Positions 13,715 to 27,193 of a DNA stretch of 64,000 nt are shown piece after piece. Below the pieces are notes generated by a model. That model worked only from the letters and a program-made list of their open reading frames with translations, made no database searches and was not told the origin of the DNA. The translations under genes were made by a program, and so were the position numbers. The first letter of the stretch is position 1, and each line of letters begins with the position of its first letter. Origin of the DNA: Eledone cirrhosa (Eukaryota); contig OZ024755.1 in NCBI GenBank assembly GCA_964016885.1, forward strand, positions 5,146,001 to 5,210,000. The letters run 5' to 3'.

Positions 13715-16700
13715 TTGAATCCAAACTTGCCAGAGAGTTTAAAGTTATTGGGATTTAAAAGGATAAACAAAAAAGTCAGGGAGGTCAACACAAAAGATAT
13801 ATTATCCCTAATTTCCCTTTAAAAGGAAATAAACCGATGAGGCATATAAATTTGTTGGAGCCCTATTAAATTAGGTTTACAGAAGCATAACACACAGACA
13901 TATACATAAATACCACATGCACAGACACACACTACACCACACAAACACCAGACACAGAAACATCACACAAACAAATACACTGATAACATCAACACACCAC
14001 ACACACACACAACTACACTGCTAACGTCGACACACCCCACACACAGAACTACACTGCTAACATCTACATTCCACCCTATGAAACATTTTAAGAGAACTCA
14101 AGTGAACAGATTCAATTTCACAATTCTGACCTCCTCAATTGGAAACTTCCAGTTTTAAAAGCAATAAACATAGATTTACAATCATGTCTAACTTTAAAGG
14201 AACGACTATATTGCTTTAACCTTTTCTTTACCATATTCTTAATAAAAGACACTGGCTGTAATTTTCAAATACTTATGAAAATAATCAGGAATTTGGAGAG
14301 ATTTAGTAATATAACTTTGTTATTAAGGTGTTTGGAACATAACAGGTTTTTACATAAAATGATGAAAGTTTTTTTTAGAAAAAATGCTTTGCAGTAGTTG
14401 TTCCGGTTCTTAACTAACTTGGTAATTAATTTTAGTAAAATCTTTCAAAATTCTTTATTAATTAATTGAAATAGAATATATCATTAGACATAGAACCACA
14501 AACTAGATGATAGGAGCCCTGGTCATATCATGGAAAGCAACATGAAATGAAGCATCTTGCTCAAGAACAGAAAGTATTGCCTGGTCCAGGAATCAAACCC
14601 ATGACCTTATGATTGTTGAGACCAACACCCTAACCACTAGGCCACAACTACATGTTTAGCAAGAGATACAAGTCTAATCTTCTGTTGCTAAATAAATTCT
14701 GTTAAAATACTTATGAAACATCTTTACAATATAGATTATTCAATGATGGTATATTTCAGTCCCCGAGATTGACACCCATTATATGGCTTAGCTAGAGGTT
14801 AATAGACACATCTTATCACAGTAGGAAATAGATAAAAATGCCTTCACAGATTTCACAAACTGTCACCAAAACCAGGAGAATGTGACAAACTCAATGTTTA
14901 AGGGAATTGGTTCAATAAGCAAGTCAACCATTAATCTACATTAATAATGAGTAAGAAGAAAACAAAAAGAAAAACTAATTATAAAAGATTTTGTGATAAG
15001 GGACAAGTATGAAGTGAAGTATAGAGTAATGGAATATATTCCATTATACTAGCTGAGTGATGAATATTAATAAGTCATGCTATTCTATGACTGTAGTGAA
15101 GAGATAAAACAAGGAATATTAATCTATATAAGTTGAAGCCGGGCGGACAGACTAATAAATATGGTAACTGTAGAAAAATGAGCAGATATCTGGTAAAAAG
15201 TCTCTCCATGTTTAATAACGTCCAACATAATCAACATGTCATCGTTAATATCTTTTATATTAATTCATGTCAACAGAGTCAAAACAAAAAGATTGATGGC
15301 AGATACATATAGAAAATGGTGTTGATTGTTAGATCCAAGGAAGGAATGTTTCCATTAGTCTTACCAGTGTTGATACTATCTGCTGGTCACAACCCCTGGA
15401 AGGAACAGGTGGGATCTGAACTCAAAACGTTCACAGACAGATAGATCAAATACCACAAAGTATTTAATCTTGCTCTTTAATCTTTTTGTTTATCAACCCA
15501 GCCAAAATTAACTATGAAAAACAAAAACAAAACCATCCATTTTAAAGGGCTCCTATTATCTTCTAACAACTGATAGCTGAGTAACAAAAGGGCTAACAAG
15601 TCTGTTTTACTCCCGATAGCAGTAGTATGTAGCAACCAAAGGGTTAACAAGTCTGTTTTACTTCCGATAACAGTAGTATATAGTAACAAAAGGGTTAACA
15701 AGCTTGTGTTTTACTCCCAATAACAGTAATATATCGTAACAAAAGGGTTAACAAGCTTGTGTTTTACTCCGAAATGATAGCTGAACTCAATAAAAACAGT
15801 AATTTTCAATGTAAATTTCTTCTTGAAGTGGAACTCGATACCAACACTTTCATGATAATGACTGATATAAGGCCAAAAACAACAATGTTAGCTTATTAAC
15901 AATAATTAGCTGAAGCAATGCAAATTGCTTAATTAGTTGGTTGGGATGTGTGTGTGAGAGAGAGAGCATGTGACATCTATTTATGCTAGGCCTGTCCGAT
16001 TAAGCCATTGATCTGAGAATAATCAATGGCACCACCAATTTACTCAAGTTGGTATGTGAAGAATCTTAATAGTTAATTGGTAGTAGGAGTTTAAACCAGA
16101 CTAATTATTAAAATAACGAGCAGAGAAAACAGTAATGAGGAGAGCGTTGACAACATTTTAAAACAATGTAAATGGCAGCAGCATTTCATTATTTTATTAA
16201 ACTGACATGAATGGAAGAAGCCAAAATCTCATCACAGTCAGTTTAACTCCTCATAACATCTAACACACAAAACAGGCTTGGCAAGACAGCTTAAAAATAC
16301 AAACCATCAGTATGCCTGTATCATATTATAAATTTAAATATCTAATCTAATACTGCAAATTTTCACAATGATTCATCCACTAGTAATATTATAAACTAAA
16401 TATTTGCAGGATGTTAAGAGTAAACAATGAAGATTGTAACAGCATTTCATTGTACTATTACAGGGATTCCAACATCACAATATTTACAGTACACTCTGTA
16501 AAGTGATAGTGCTAGTGCCACAAAATACCACCAGCACACTCTGTAAAGTGATAGTGCTGGTGCCACAAAATACAGCAAGTATACTCTGTAAAGTGATAGT
16601 GCTGGTGCCACAATAAAATACACCCAGTACACCCTATAAAGTGGCTGGTGATTAAACAGGCAATATAAGGTAGAGGACTGTTGTTCAGTCTTTGCTGAGT

Positions 16701-17647
16701 ACATTGCTGACTTTGTAGTGCTGGTGTCACGATACAATTGCACCCAGTACACTCTGTAAAATGCTAGTGCTATGATCAATTGGATTCAGTATATTTTACA
16801 TAGTGTACTGTGTGCATTGTATTGTAGGACCAGCACTAGGGATTGCTATGTTCTCAGCAGGGCAGTGAGGCAGGCAGTAATGGGTATTAGATACTTTCAA
16901 AATCTCATTTACAATATTTAAAAACCATAAATAGTGTCTTTCATTGGAAATATGTTAAGAAAAATTTTAATTTAAGGCATATACAGTTTCTAATAAAATG
17001 GTATTTGTAATGATACTCTGCAAAATAATTCTGTTCAAATGTCTTCCATCTTAAATATCTTGGATGCTTCGTTTTTTTTTCCTTATAAATTACTAATGCT
17101 TCATTTTTCTTATAAATTACTAAAATAACTGCAAGTTATTAACCCTTTCTTTTCCAAATAGAAATATGAAATCAATTGAAAAAGTCAAACCAATTTTTTT
17201 TTTGTTTACTTCTCCATTTAAAAAAAGAAAGGTAGCTTCAGTCATCTTTTTAAAATTTCCATTATTATATATTTTTTTTCCTTTCCTAATGTCATAGGAA
17301 AGGAGATTTATTTGTTGAAGTCTTCAAATTTCAGGAATTTGAAGACTTACAGTATCACCTGACAGTTAATTTATCAATTTTATTGCAAAACATTCTTGTG
17401 GAGAAAAAACAAACTGACATTTCATAAGGAAGGAAATACGATACCTAGTTTTTTGTAGTTTGTTTTTTGTCGCAGCCAATACATAAATGATTGCTTCTAC
17501 AGACTACATCAACATTTAGATATGCTTGCCGATATTACAGCCATCACTGTAATTTTTATTCATTTAAAAGGAAACCATATAGCAAATACGTTATGTTATA
17601 TCATATATGTTTTGCATGGTTCAGGAATTAAATTGGCTATATATATA

Positions 17648-17832
17648 TCATCATCATCATCAACGTTTAACGTCCGTGTTCCACGCTTGCATGGGTTTGG
17701 ACGGGGGTAGTCCCACTTGAAGCAAGAGTGATTGTCTTGCTCGCATAGGACTGTCTGGCAGGTTTTCTACAGTTGGATGCCCTTCCTAACACCAACCACA
17801 TTTACAGTGTGGAGGTTTTTACCGTGTTGCCT

Positions 17833-17840
<8 letters not shown>
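17648..17840 (-). mobile_element. Short copy of the RTE 3' end
   Basis: (cat)n-caacgtttaacgtccgtgttccacgcttgcatggg...ggatgcccttcctaacaccaacc matches 25855-26055. Confidence 0.85.
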
Positions 17841-17881
<41 letters not shown>

Positions 17882-18647
17882 CAACTGTCAATTTGTTGCC
17901 TGCAGCATACAATCACCATCATATAAAGCAGACGTTAGATGATGATGATGATGATGATGATGATAATGATGATGATAAGATGATGATGATGATAATTGTA
18001 TGCTTCAGGCAGTAAATTGACAGAGTTATTAAAGTGTCACATAAAATGCTTCTGTATATTTGTTCTGACTCTCTCCACAGTTCAAATCCTGCCATGTTTG
18101 ATTTTCCTTTTCATCTTTTTTGGCATCAACCAAAGTACCATCTCACAACTTTGCTGGATTAACCATTTTACCAAATTATATAACATTTCTCTAGAAACAT
18201 ATTACACAGTCAGAAAACACTCTCCCTACTATAATATCATGGCACAAGTGTTTAAAATTGTATTTAATGTCATGTGCTGTGAATTAGGTTATTATATGGC
18301 ATGTAGTGAGTCCCAGGGAATTCAAGTGTACATCTAGATATATCCAGATTAAAAAAGGGCTGGACCATCAGTTGCTGGAAAAGCTGTGCTCATACACACA
18401 TATATATGTACATATAAGAAAACTCAAGGAAAAATATGGAAGAACAATATACTACTAATGATATATATTAGTTTAATGCTTGATATATTAGGGAAAAAGA
18501 TTCTTAAAGTTTCAGACATTGGAAGAGAGAAGAAGAAATAAGATGAGATTAAGAAAACAAAAATGGTGAAAACATTTTTAGACTGAAAGAAAACATGTTA
18601 ACCCCCCACCACATATATATATAAACAGGGAGAATTTCAAAACTTAC

Positions 18648-18881
18648 CACATTTTTTACATATTTGAATAACAGCTCCAAAAACATTACAAGAAAAATCC
18701 ACAGAAAGCTCAATGATACTCAAGTTTGGCAACTGTATCTGAAGAGGTTTGTGCATCGGAGTAAACTCCAGTTTAGCATCAGCTTGCACTTCATACTGAT
18801 CCAACGTGGATCGAGTACGGTTAAGCCACTTGTTCCGGACTGGCCACCAAATTCCATGGTCAGACCAATCTAATGCAATGT
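18648..18881 (-). CDS. Kindlin/fermitin second coding exon (end of F0, start of F1)
   Basis: Encodes (D)IALDWSDHGIWWPVRNKWLNRTRSTLDQYEVQADAKLEFTPMHKPLQIQLPNLSIIELSVDFSCNVFGAVIQICKKC, with the kindlin DWSDH--WW and TLD-Y--QADA-L-FTP-HK motifs. Acceptor cttttcttttccAG, donor G|GTAAG. Length 234 nt, phase 1-1. The G from the previous exon plus AC gives GAC (Asp), keeping the frame. Confidence 0.96.
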
Positions 18882-19230
18882 CTGGAAAAGAAAAGAAAAG
18901 GAAGTTAGATTTTAACAATTCATCATCATCATTTCATTTTACGTCCGCTTTTTCCCTGCTTGCAAGGGTGGGACGAGAACTGGGTGCTTTTTTGCCGTGG
19001 TACCTCCACGACCACTTTGCAGTGGAATGATAGGGACCCCAGTACCTATCATCTCATTTCTACAGCTGAGTAAACTGGAGCAATGTGAAATAAAGTGTCT
19101 TGCTCAAGGAAACAACACATCACCCGGTCAATTACAGCCAATAATTCAGTTTTAAATAAATATATGGTCAACTGTCTTCATACCAACCCACATAAAACCC
19201 TGTGTTCTAAGATACAAAACTGCATTTTAA

Positions 19231-19447
19231 CCCTTTAGCATTTACATTACTCTATATTAACTATTATATTTTGATGGTTAAGGCTTTACCCGACATAAAT
19301 ACATCACAATATCGAATCTATAACATTGAAAATATATATTTTGAAAACAATACTTTAACATTAGTATCAGCAACCAGTTACAGCCAGTTTGAACAGAGAG
19401 AAGTGAGAGAATTCTTGCTGGATACAGCTGGTTTAAATGCTAAAGGG
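19231..19447. mobile_element. piggyBac-type MITE family 1
   Basis: TTAA-CCCTTTAGCATTTA ... TAAATGCTAAAGGG-TTAA, perfect TIRs. Confidence 0.85.
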
Positions 19448-21600
19448 TTAAAGTGTTTATATTTAAATTAAAACTGTGCAGCTCTTTATGTAAGGATCTT
19501 TTGTTAATGTTCCAAACATTTGAAGAAAAATGGTTTTAGATTTAGGCACAAGGCCAACAATTTTTTTGTGTGGGGGAAGGGTAAAAATCGATCCCAGTAT
19601 GTTACTGGTGCTTTATTTTATGAGATTTGAATGCAAAACCCAGAGACCCAGAACAAATATCAAGGCATTTAATCTGCTGCTCTAACAACTACCAATTCTT
19701 CACCTTTAAAAGATAAGATCAACCATTCCTTGAAACTACGCCTGGTTCTACAATATTGAGCTGTTTATTTCAAACTGTTTATATTATCTAAAAACGTTTC
19801 ATTAATGATACTATAAACATTTTCATGAGAATGATACTATAAACATTTGAATTAACAAATTAATAAAATATTTTCTGCTGAATAAATCATTACAGGATGT
19901 TATGAGTTCAGGGAAACCTTCACTAAAAAAATTAGTCAGAATCTGTAGATGCACTTAGCTTGTTTATAAAAAGTTTAAATTAGTTTATTTATAAAGGCTT
20001 GCAGAATTTGAAGCAAAAGGTAGAATGAAGTCTAATTAAATAAGATACTAGGAAAGAAACAAGTTTGGTAGACAATTAGTCATTGATGAACTCCAGTCGT
20101 TGCAGATAATGAAAGCATTGTTTTAATAGTTTCTAACTTACAATCTAAAATTACTCATTGTCAGAGAAGTATTTGTGTAAGAATGAAGAAGAAGAAGAAG
20201 AAGAGGAAGAAGAAAACCTAAGTTCAGTTTGTTTATTACTATCACTAACTAGAAAAGTAAACAGTTTTCTGGTATAGAAACTTAACTTTTCTTAGAATTT
20301 ATAAACACAAACAAATTACTAAAAAAACATATTCTGCAGGCATATTTCTCAGAAAACAGGATTCAAGGGTTTTTTCTTCTTCTAAAACTAACTGACAATC
20401 TAGTAGGGTAAGTGTTCGTAGAAAATCCATATAAAATTTGGCCCAATTGTAGCTACATGAGTAGGCTGTGAGTATCCAGTTTAGCATAAGTACACTGTAC
20501 CCCTTCAGTTTGTGTCAAAAGACAACTTCTCTGCACTCGATAGAACATATGATGGTATGTAAGCAATAGAGACCCCTTGGCCTGTCCGGGAGGTCAGTAG
20601 CCTCGCTTCAATACTGACTTTGTCTATATAGACCTGTCCAAAACTTGCTAGCAGGGAAAGTGGACATTAAACAAGGATGATGATGATGATAAATGAAATT
20701 TAGAAGCACATAAAGTTTATATAATATTAAACATTCTTCCATGGGTCAGAAAACAATAAATCACACAAACTACATATATATGTTTGTATGCAACAAAGAG
20801 TAAAAATGGTTTTATTGAAAGGTTTTTTTTGTCAGTTTATGAGGTTTCCTGCAAGATATTATTTCAAGCCAAATGGTCTGCTGCCAAATAGACCATAACA
20901 AGAAAATTAACTCTCTACAACATTAACAATTGCTGTTGAATGATGAAAGAATGAAAGGATGTTAACACAACCAAACTGTTTGAATATTGGACTGTAACAT
21001 CAATATGAGAGGAGACTGACTGAAGTTTCACAAGGAAAAAAAGAAGTGTGTGATGTTGGTGATTATATAATATATATATATATAGATGGATTCAGTTTGA
21101 AACTGGTTAGACCATTTCTCAACAGAGTACTTGATACTTGGGGTAGTAGAGTAAGGTTATATTGTAAACAGTCGGGACCAGACGGCTGAGCTCTTGCTGT
21201 TTCAACAGCTAGTTCCAGTCTGAGATAATTATAAAGATACATATATATATAGATAGATATATATATATATATATATCACCATCACACACTTTGTTTTTCC
21301 TTTGAAAATTAAGTCTGAATTTTATGTGTGTGTGTGTGGGTGTGTGTGTGTGTTCTAATGTTTCACAAATGTTCAGTAAAATTATCCCAAATAACTAACA
21401 TGTTCAAAAAAATGGGTGATAGAACTGAGGGTATGGAAAAGAGATGGGGTGGGGGAATGGAGAGTGAGATGAAGGGAGAAAGAAGAACGAGATATATATA
21501 TATATATATGAGAGAGTGAAAGAGAGAGAGAGAGTGAAAGAGAGGGAGAGAGAGCGTGAGAGAGAAAGAGAGAGCGCAAGAGAGAATATATATGCACATT

Positions 21601-21646
<46 letters not shown>

Positions 21647-22254
21647 ACTATTTCCTAAAAGAACAACATTAACCGTCTTCATACCAACCAAACCAAACCT
21701 GTTTCTGTTTCTCTAAAAACAAAACCACCCATTTTAAACGGGTTTTTATTGAGATTAAAATCTTCCAACAATTTTATTATATAAGAACCATTTGTTAAAC
21801 TGTTACAAATACCATTTTAATAATTATTCCTAACATAGGCACAAGGACAGCAATTTTTGTGGAGAACGTGGAAGAGTCAATTATATCAACCCTGGTCCTT
21901 CATACTGACTGCTACTTTATTTTATCAATCCCAGAAAGGCGAAAGGCAAAGGTGACCTTGGCAGAACATAGAGGATAGTAAGGAAATACTATAAAACATT
22001 TCATCTGACAATACAAATTCTGCCATTTCACTGCCCTCTAATGCTGTTAATAATGGTTTCTGATTTAGGTACAAGGCTAACAATTTGAAAGGAACAAGTT
22101 GATTAAATTGACTCCGTGTCGATAAAATAAAGTACCAGTAACATACTGGTGCCAATTTGCTGAAGGACACATGCTACCTAGTTTGGATATCAGACAGCCT
22201 TACAATCATGAGCTGAATATCCTAACCACTGTCACATGTCTTCACAAGAGGGAC

Positions 22255-22497
22255 ACAGAGAGAGGAGAGAGACAGAGAGGAGAGAGATAGAGAGGAGAGA
22301 GATAGAGGGGAGAGAGATAGAGGGGAGAGAGACATAGAGGGGAGAGAGACAGAGAGGAGAGAGACAGAGAGAGAGGAGGGAGATAGAGAGGAGAGAGAGA
22401 GAGGAGAGAGAGAGAGAGAGGGAGATAGAGAGGAGAGAGAGAGAGAGAGAGAGGAGAGAGATAGAGAGGAGAGAAGACAGACAGAAAGAGAGAGAGA
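22255..22497. repeat. (GA)n-derived repeat
   Basis: gagaggagagagata units. Confidence 0.9.
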
Positions 22498-22762
22498 AAA
22501 TAGAATAAACAATTGTATCCTAGTTGATTAGTTAGTAAAGATTCTCAGAAGAAACAAACTAAACGGAAAAACCATTTAGATTTCTTTGTGTGATAAAAAC
22601 AATTTCTGACATTAGAGATTACTATATAAATATATTTATCAAGATAAATGTTGGAGGAGAACTGGACTAATAATACATTTGCCATGTTAAGTACACTTGT
22701 GTGTGTATCTGTGTGTGCTTTTAAACAATATAAATATATGTGTGTGAGTTTGTGTGTGTATG

Positions 22763-22806
<44 letters not shown>

Positions 22807-25800
22807 ATTGTCTAAAAGCATATACAAACACAAACAGGCAAATTAAAAGGAACAGATAAAATGACAAAAGACAAACAAGTTGGTGATAAAGATTGATGGT
22901 TCAAACTTAAGAGTGTTACTATAAAATCTTATTTATCTCTTAGTCTATTTACTATTTAGTCTGTTATATTTTGGCAGATGCACTTGTCTGGCAAGTGACT
23001 TGGGGGACCATGAGGTTGAGACTTAAGTAGAGATGACATTGTGGAAAACTTATTTTTGTCCATTAGAACACACAAAGAAACTTATTTATTTATTCAATTT
23101 AAACGTCTGTATAGAGCTAGTAAGCTATGGCAGACTAGGGGAAGTGTCGAGTACCCCTAATCAAAAAGAGCTAATGAGACAAGTAATAATAAAAAAAAAA
23201 AAATTAATTAATAGGGGGTCAAAAATAAAATAGACTGGTGGAAGAAAAGGGAAAGGGCTGAGCTTATGAGATCTTTTCAAGGGCTTCCAAGACTGGTGGA
23301 AGGAAGAGGAAGGTATTCTCAAACTGGCGACCTGGTCTGAATGCTTGCAACAGAGTGGAAATTGCTAAAGGCAGCCAAAAACCAGACACCATTTAATTCT
23401 TGGTGTCAACATTTTAGTTGCACTCTGTGACCTGCAGTGGAACTGTGTCAGTGACCAGCTGACAAACAGTAGGGAAAAAAATTTGAGACCAAGAAATATA
23501 TAAATAAATGTAAAGTGATTTTCTTTTTAATGGCTTAAGATGACTCTTTCAGACTGTTATAGTGTAGCTATAAGTTGACAAGGAATTAGTGAGATGCTGT
23601 TCTGAGAAGAACTTGTACAACCCATGCAAGTGTGGGATAATGGACTTATGATGATGATGATTATGGTGGACATACATTAACATATCACAGATGGTCAATT
23701 AAATCAGGTACTTAAAGAGCCAAGAGGTCAGCACTGCACTATCTGGTCAATACACTTAAGTCTGGATGGTCAAGATTATTAAAGTCCAAGTATGTACCAC
23801 AAGGCTGCAGTGGCAATGCTTCAAAATTGTAAAAGATGATTTAAAAAAGTATCTAACTATAAAACTTTGCCTTATAAAAGACCCCTTGACTATAAAGTCT
23901 ACCAAGAGACCCCACAAGTCTAACCCCTAATTTAGCAAGGGAAATGTCTTTAAGATACTATACAGACAGTACTGGGTGCATTTTATCATGGCACCAGCAC
24001 TACCACTTTACAGAGTATACCGAGAGCATTTCATCATGGCACCTGGAATAACACTTTACACACACACACACACAAACTGATTTCTACTAACGAAATAGGT
24101 CAGATTTTAAATTAAAAACCAAAACAGTCATACAATTAAATTAAAATATAAAGTTGTTTTCATCACAAAAAAAAATTTAAGATAAAAATTCAAACCAAAC
24201 ATCTAAACAAAGTGAAACGATAAAAGATAAAATATGCAATAGATTTAATACTATAATCGAATTCTTAAAGAATTTATTTTAACCTTCCCAAGAACAGTCG
24301 GATCAACTGATGACAACATTCGGTATTTGAACTGCATCGAAATAACAGGATAATAACTGGTTCTAATCTCTTTTTTATATTTTTTAAGCTTGCCCACTTC
24401 ACTCAATATCAAATAACGAACATTCAGATAATTTTACAGGTGAGGTCACTGTTGAACATTCTTTATAAAATTGCTTTCAGGAGTTCTTATGAATATTTTC
24501 CATTAACAAGAAAGCATTTTTTTTTGTGTTTGTTTTTATTTTATTTTTTAATGCATCTCATCATTTCAAACTTGCTTTTCAAGTTTGAAATGTCTTAGAA
24601 AATCATGGTGGAAAATATAAGCCAGTTAACACCCTTTATGCTGCATATAAAACAAATAGATGGTGGTAGGGGCTGTTTTATAATCTATTTTCTCTTTCTT
24701 TCTGAAATATTTTCCACATAACTGGAAACAGATAAAATGCATTTAAAAAAAAAAAATCAATTCTTTTGAACCCCTTTGTGACCTTATTTCTAATAAAATA
24801 GACTAGATTTCAATTAATTAATGAAGAATTTGGAAGGATTTACTAAAATTAATTATTTCATTATCAAGATCACATTTCAATTATAAAAGCTTTGTGGATA
24901 GAATTATTTTGGAAGTCTTTAATATAAGTAGGATCCGTTTAAAATGGATGGTTTTGTTTCACAGAGCCCGTTTTGGGCATGTTGGTATCAAAAGGGTTAA
25001 ATAGGAACCCTTTAAAATGATATGCTCTTCAGGAAGTTATCATATTAGAGAAAATAAAATAAAAATTCTTTTATATATATATATATAAAGTAACAGGAGA
25101 TGACGAAGGAACACAAGTAGAGAGATGATGTACTGAGAAGGATCTGTCCAACCCATACAAGCAGGGAAAAACAGACGTAATGATGATGGTGATATAGAGA
25201 ACATATTTCTCTGTTATCTGATTCAAACCTGTTATCATATTAGAGAAAATAAAATATAAATTCTTCAATATATAGAGAACATATTTCTATCAGTTAAGAG
25301 ACTTATTTGGAAAACTGGGCAGCTGACTCACCATCAAAGAGGAAATCCTGCTAAAACAGCTAGCAGCTGTTTCTTGTTTAGAAATTAAGTTTCATCATAT
25401 TCAGTACTTTCAGGATATATTTTGGGAAATGTTAGAATATATTCTAACATTATTCTTCTATATTTAAATATTACCTTACACATTCATAATATTAACTTAC
25501 AAAAATGAAATGAAATTTACAGCCCATGCTTATACAAGTTTAGTTGGTTTCCTTTGAAGAGGTTTCTTGGATGTTTTATTGATAGGGGCCTGAGTCCTTT
25601 AATGGAAAATACCATGAAATGAAGTATCTTGGTAAAAAACACAACATGCCACCTGGTCTGGGAATCAAATCCACAACTTTGTGAGTCCTGCATCGTAATT
25701 ACTAGATCATGTGCTTAACTTACATATATTAAATTTTTAGCTTCCATACAATAACTTCTTAGTATTGTATGGATGATGATGAATATATATATATATATGT

Positions 25801-25854
25801 CCCACCCTTGCAAGCAGGGAAAAGCAGACGTAAAATGATGATGATGATGATGAT

Positions 25855-27137
25855 CATCATCATCATCAACGTTTAACGTCCGTGTTCCACGCTTGCATGG
25901 GTTTGGACGGGGGGTTTTCTCACTTGAGGCAAGAGTGATTGTCTTGCTCGCATAGGACTGTCTGGCAGGTTTTCTACAGTTGGATGCCCTTCCTAACACC
26001 AACCACATTTACAGTGTGGGTCTGGGAGGTTTTTACCGTGTTGCCTACACGGCCACATTACAGCGTGGACTGTGTGTTTTTTTGTCGTGACACCTACACG
26101 ATCTCATTTGTTTCAGCCTGGATGGTGTGGCACCAACACAACTTTACATAGAAGGGGGCGGTGTGGATGGGGTGGGGGTGGTGGGACGGGGGTGTATTTT
26201 GTTAGAGATGCCTACTGACTGTAGTAGGTTTTACTATGTATTTAGGTAAGGCGGGTCTTCTCTATTACTGAGTACCGCCAAAGGACTCGGTCCAGTGACA
26301 TTGTCTTGGAGAGGTGTAAGTGTGTGAGGTCGGAGTTTATCAGCTCGTCCCAGGTTTTTCTAGGTCTGCCTATTCCGTGGCTACCGTCTATTTTTATCAC
26401 CCTGCACTTTGTTATACAGCTATCGGCTTTCATGCGCATCACGTGTCCATACCAACGTAGCCTTCTCTCGAGTAAACAACATCTGATCCCTCTTATTTCT
26501 AATTTTTTCCTTAGTTCGTTTATGCTTTGCCGTTCACGTATATTACTATTACACATCCAGCGGAGCATGCAAGCTTCGTTCCTCTCTAGTCTGCGTATAT
26601 CCTCTGCACACAATGCCCAGGTCTCACTGCCATGCAACATTGCTGTTCGTATGCAGGCATCATACAACCTGCCTTTCACTTTTAGGGAGAACCCTTTAGC
26701 GGCTAATAGTGGTATAAGCTCTCTGAACTTTTTCCATCCAGTTCTGACTCTAGCTACTGTACTTTCAGAGCACCCTCCCCCACTGCTGATTTTGTCACCC
26801 AGGTAACGGAAGCTGTCCACTATTTCTATAGAGCTCTCTGCGCAGTTGAAAGAGCTAGTATTTTGTGGGCACTTGCTGCTACTTATTGCACCAGAGCACC
26901 GGCCACATGTGAAATCTATGTTCTTAGTTAGCTTACCTGTGATCCCACTACATCTTTTATGCACCCATACTTTGCATTTCTGACACAAAATGGAGTTTCT
27001 ACCTACGCCTTTCCTACACACTGAGCATGGCCACTTCCCGGAAGGGACCGCCGCCTTATTTTCTTTCCTACAAACTAGAACTTTGGTCTTAGCCAGATTA
27101 ATTTCAAGGCCTTTTGATTCTAGGCCGTGCTTCCAAA
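25855..27137 (-). mobile_element. 5'-truncated RTE-clade LINE: RT C-terminal ORF (26242-27135), probable 3'UTR and (GAT)n tail
   Basis: Uninterrupted ORF with RTE-type motifs GLEINLAKTK, FRYLG, MLHGSETW, RRLRWYGHVMR and GRPRKTW. Downstream sequence ends GGACGTTAAACGTT(GAT)n, an end shared with shorter copies elsewhere in the window. Confidence 0.9.
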
Positions 27138-27157
27138 TATATATATATATCAATCTT

Positions 27158-27193
27158 TCTTCTGATGAAGGACTAGCGTCCGAAACGTTAAGA
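27158..27193 (+). ncRNA. Minimal Penelope-type hammerhead motif
   Basis: TCTT-CTGATGA-A-GGAC(TAGC)GTCC-GAAA-CGTT-AAGA; palindromic AACGTT in place of stem III. Confidence 0.55.

Noticed and set aside
1-18647. Search for the next kindlin exon (expected to begin near IRHPEELS)
   Set aside because: No matching minus-strand peptide found by eye; it probably lies left of the window, though a short exon could have been missed.
23060-23560. Possible CR1/L2-type LINE 3' remnant sharing an end with 9015-9070
   Set aside because: The repeated end is real, but the coding remnant is too degraded to classify by eye.
24300-24360. CTGATGA...GAAA pair
   Set aside because: No convincing stem II or stem I pairing.
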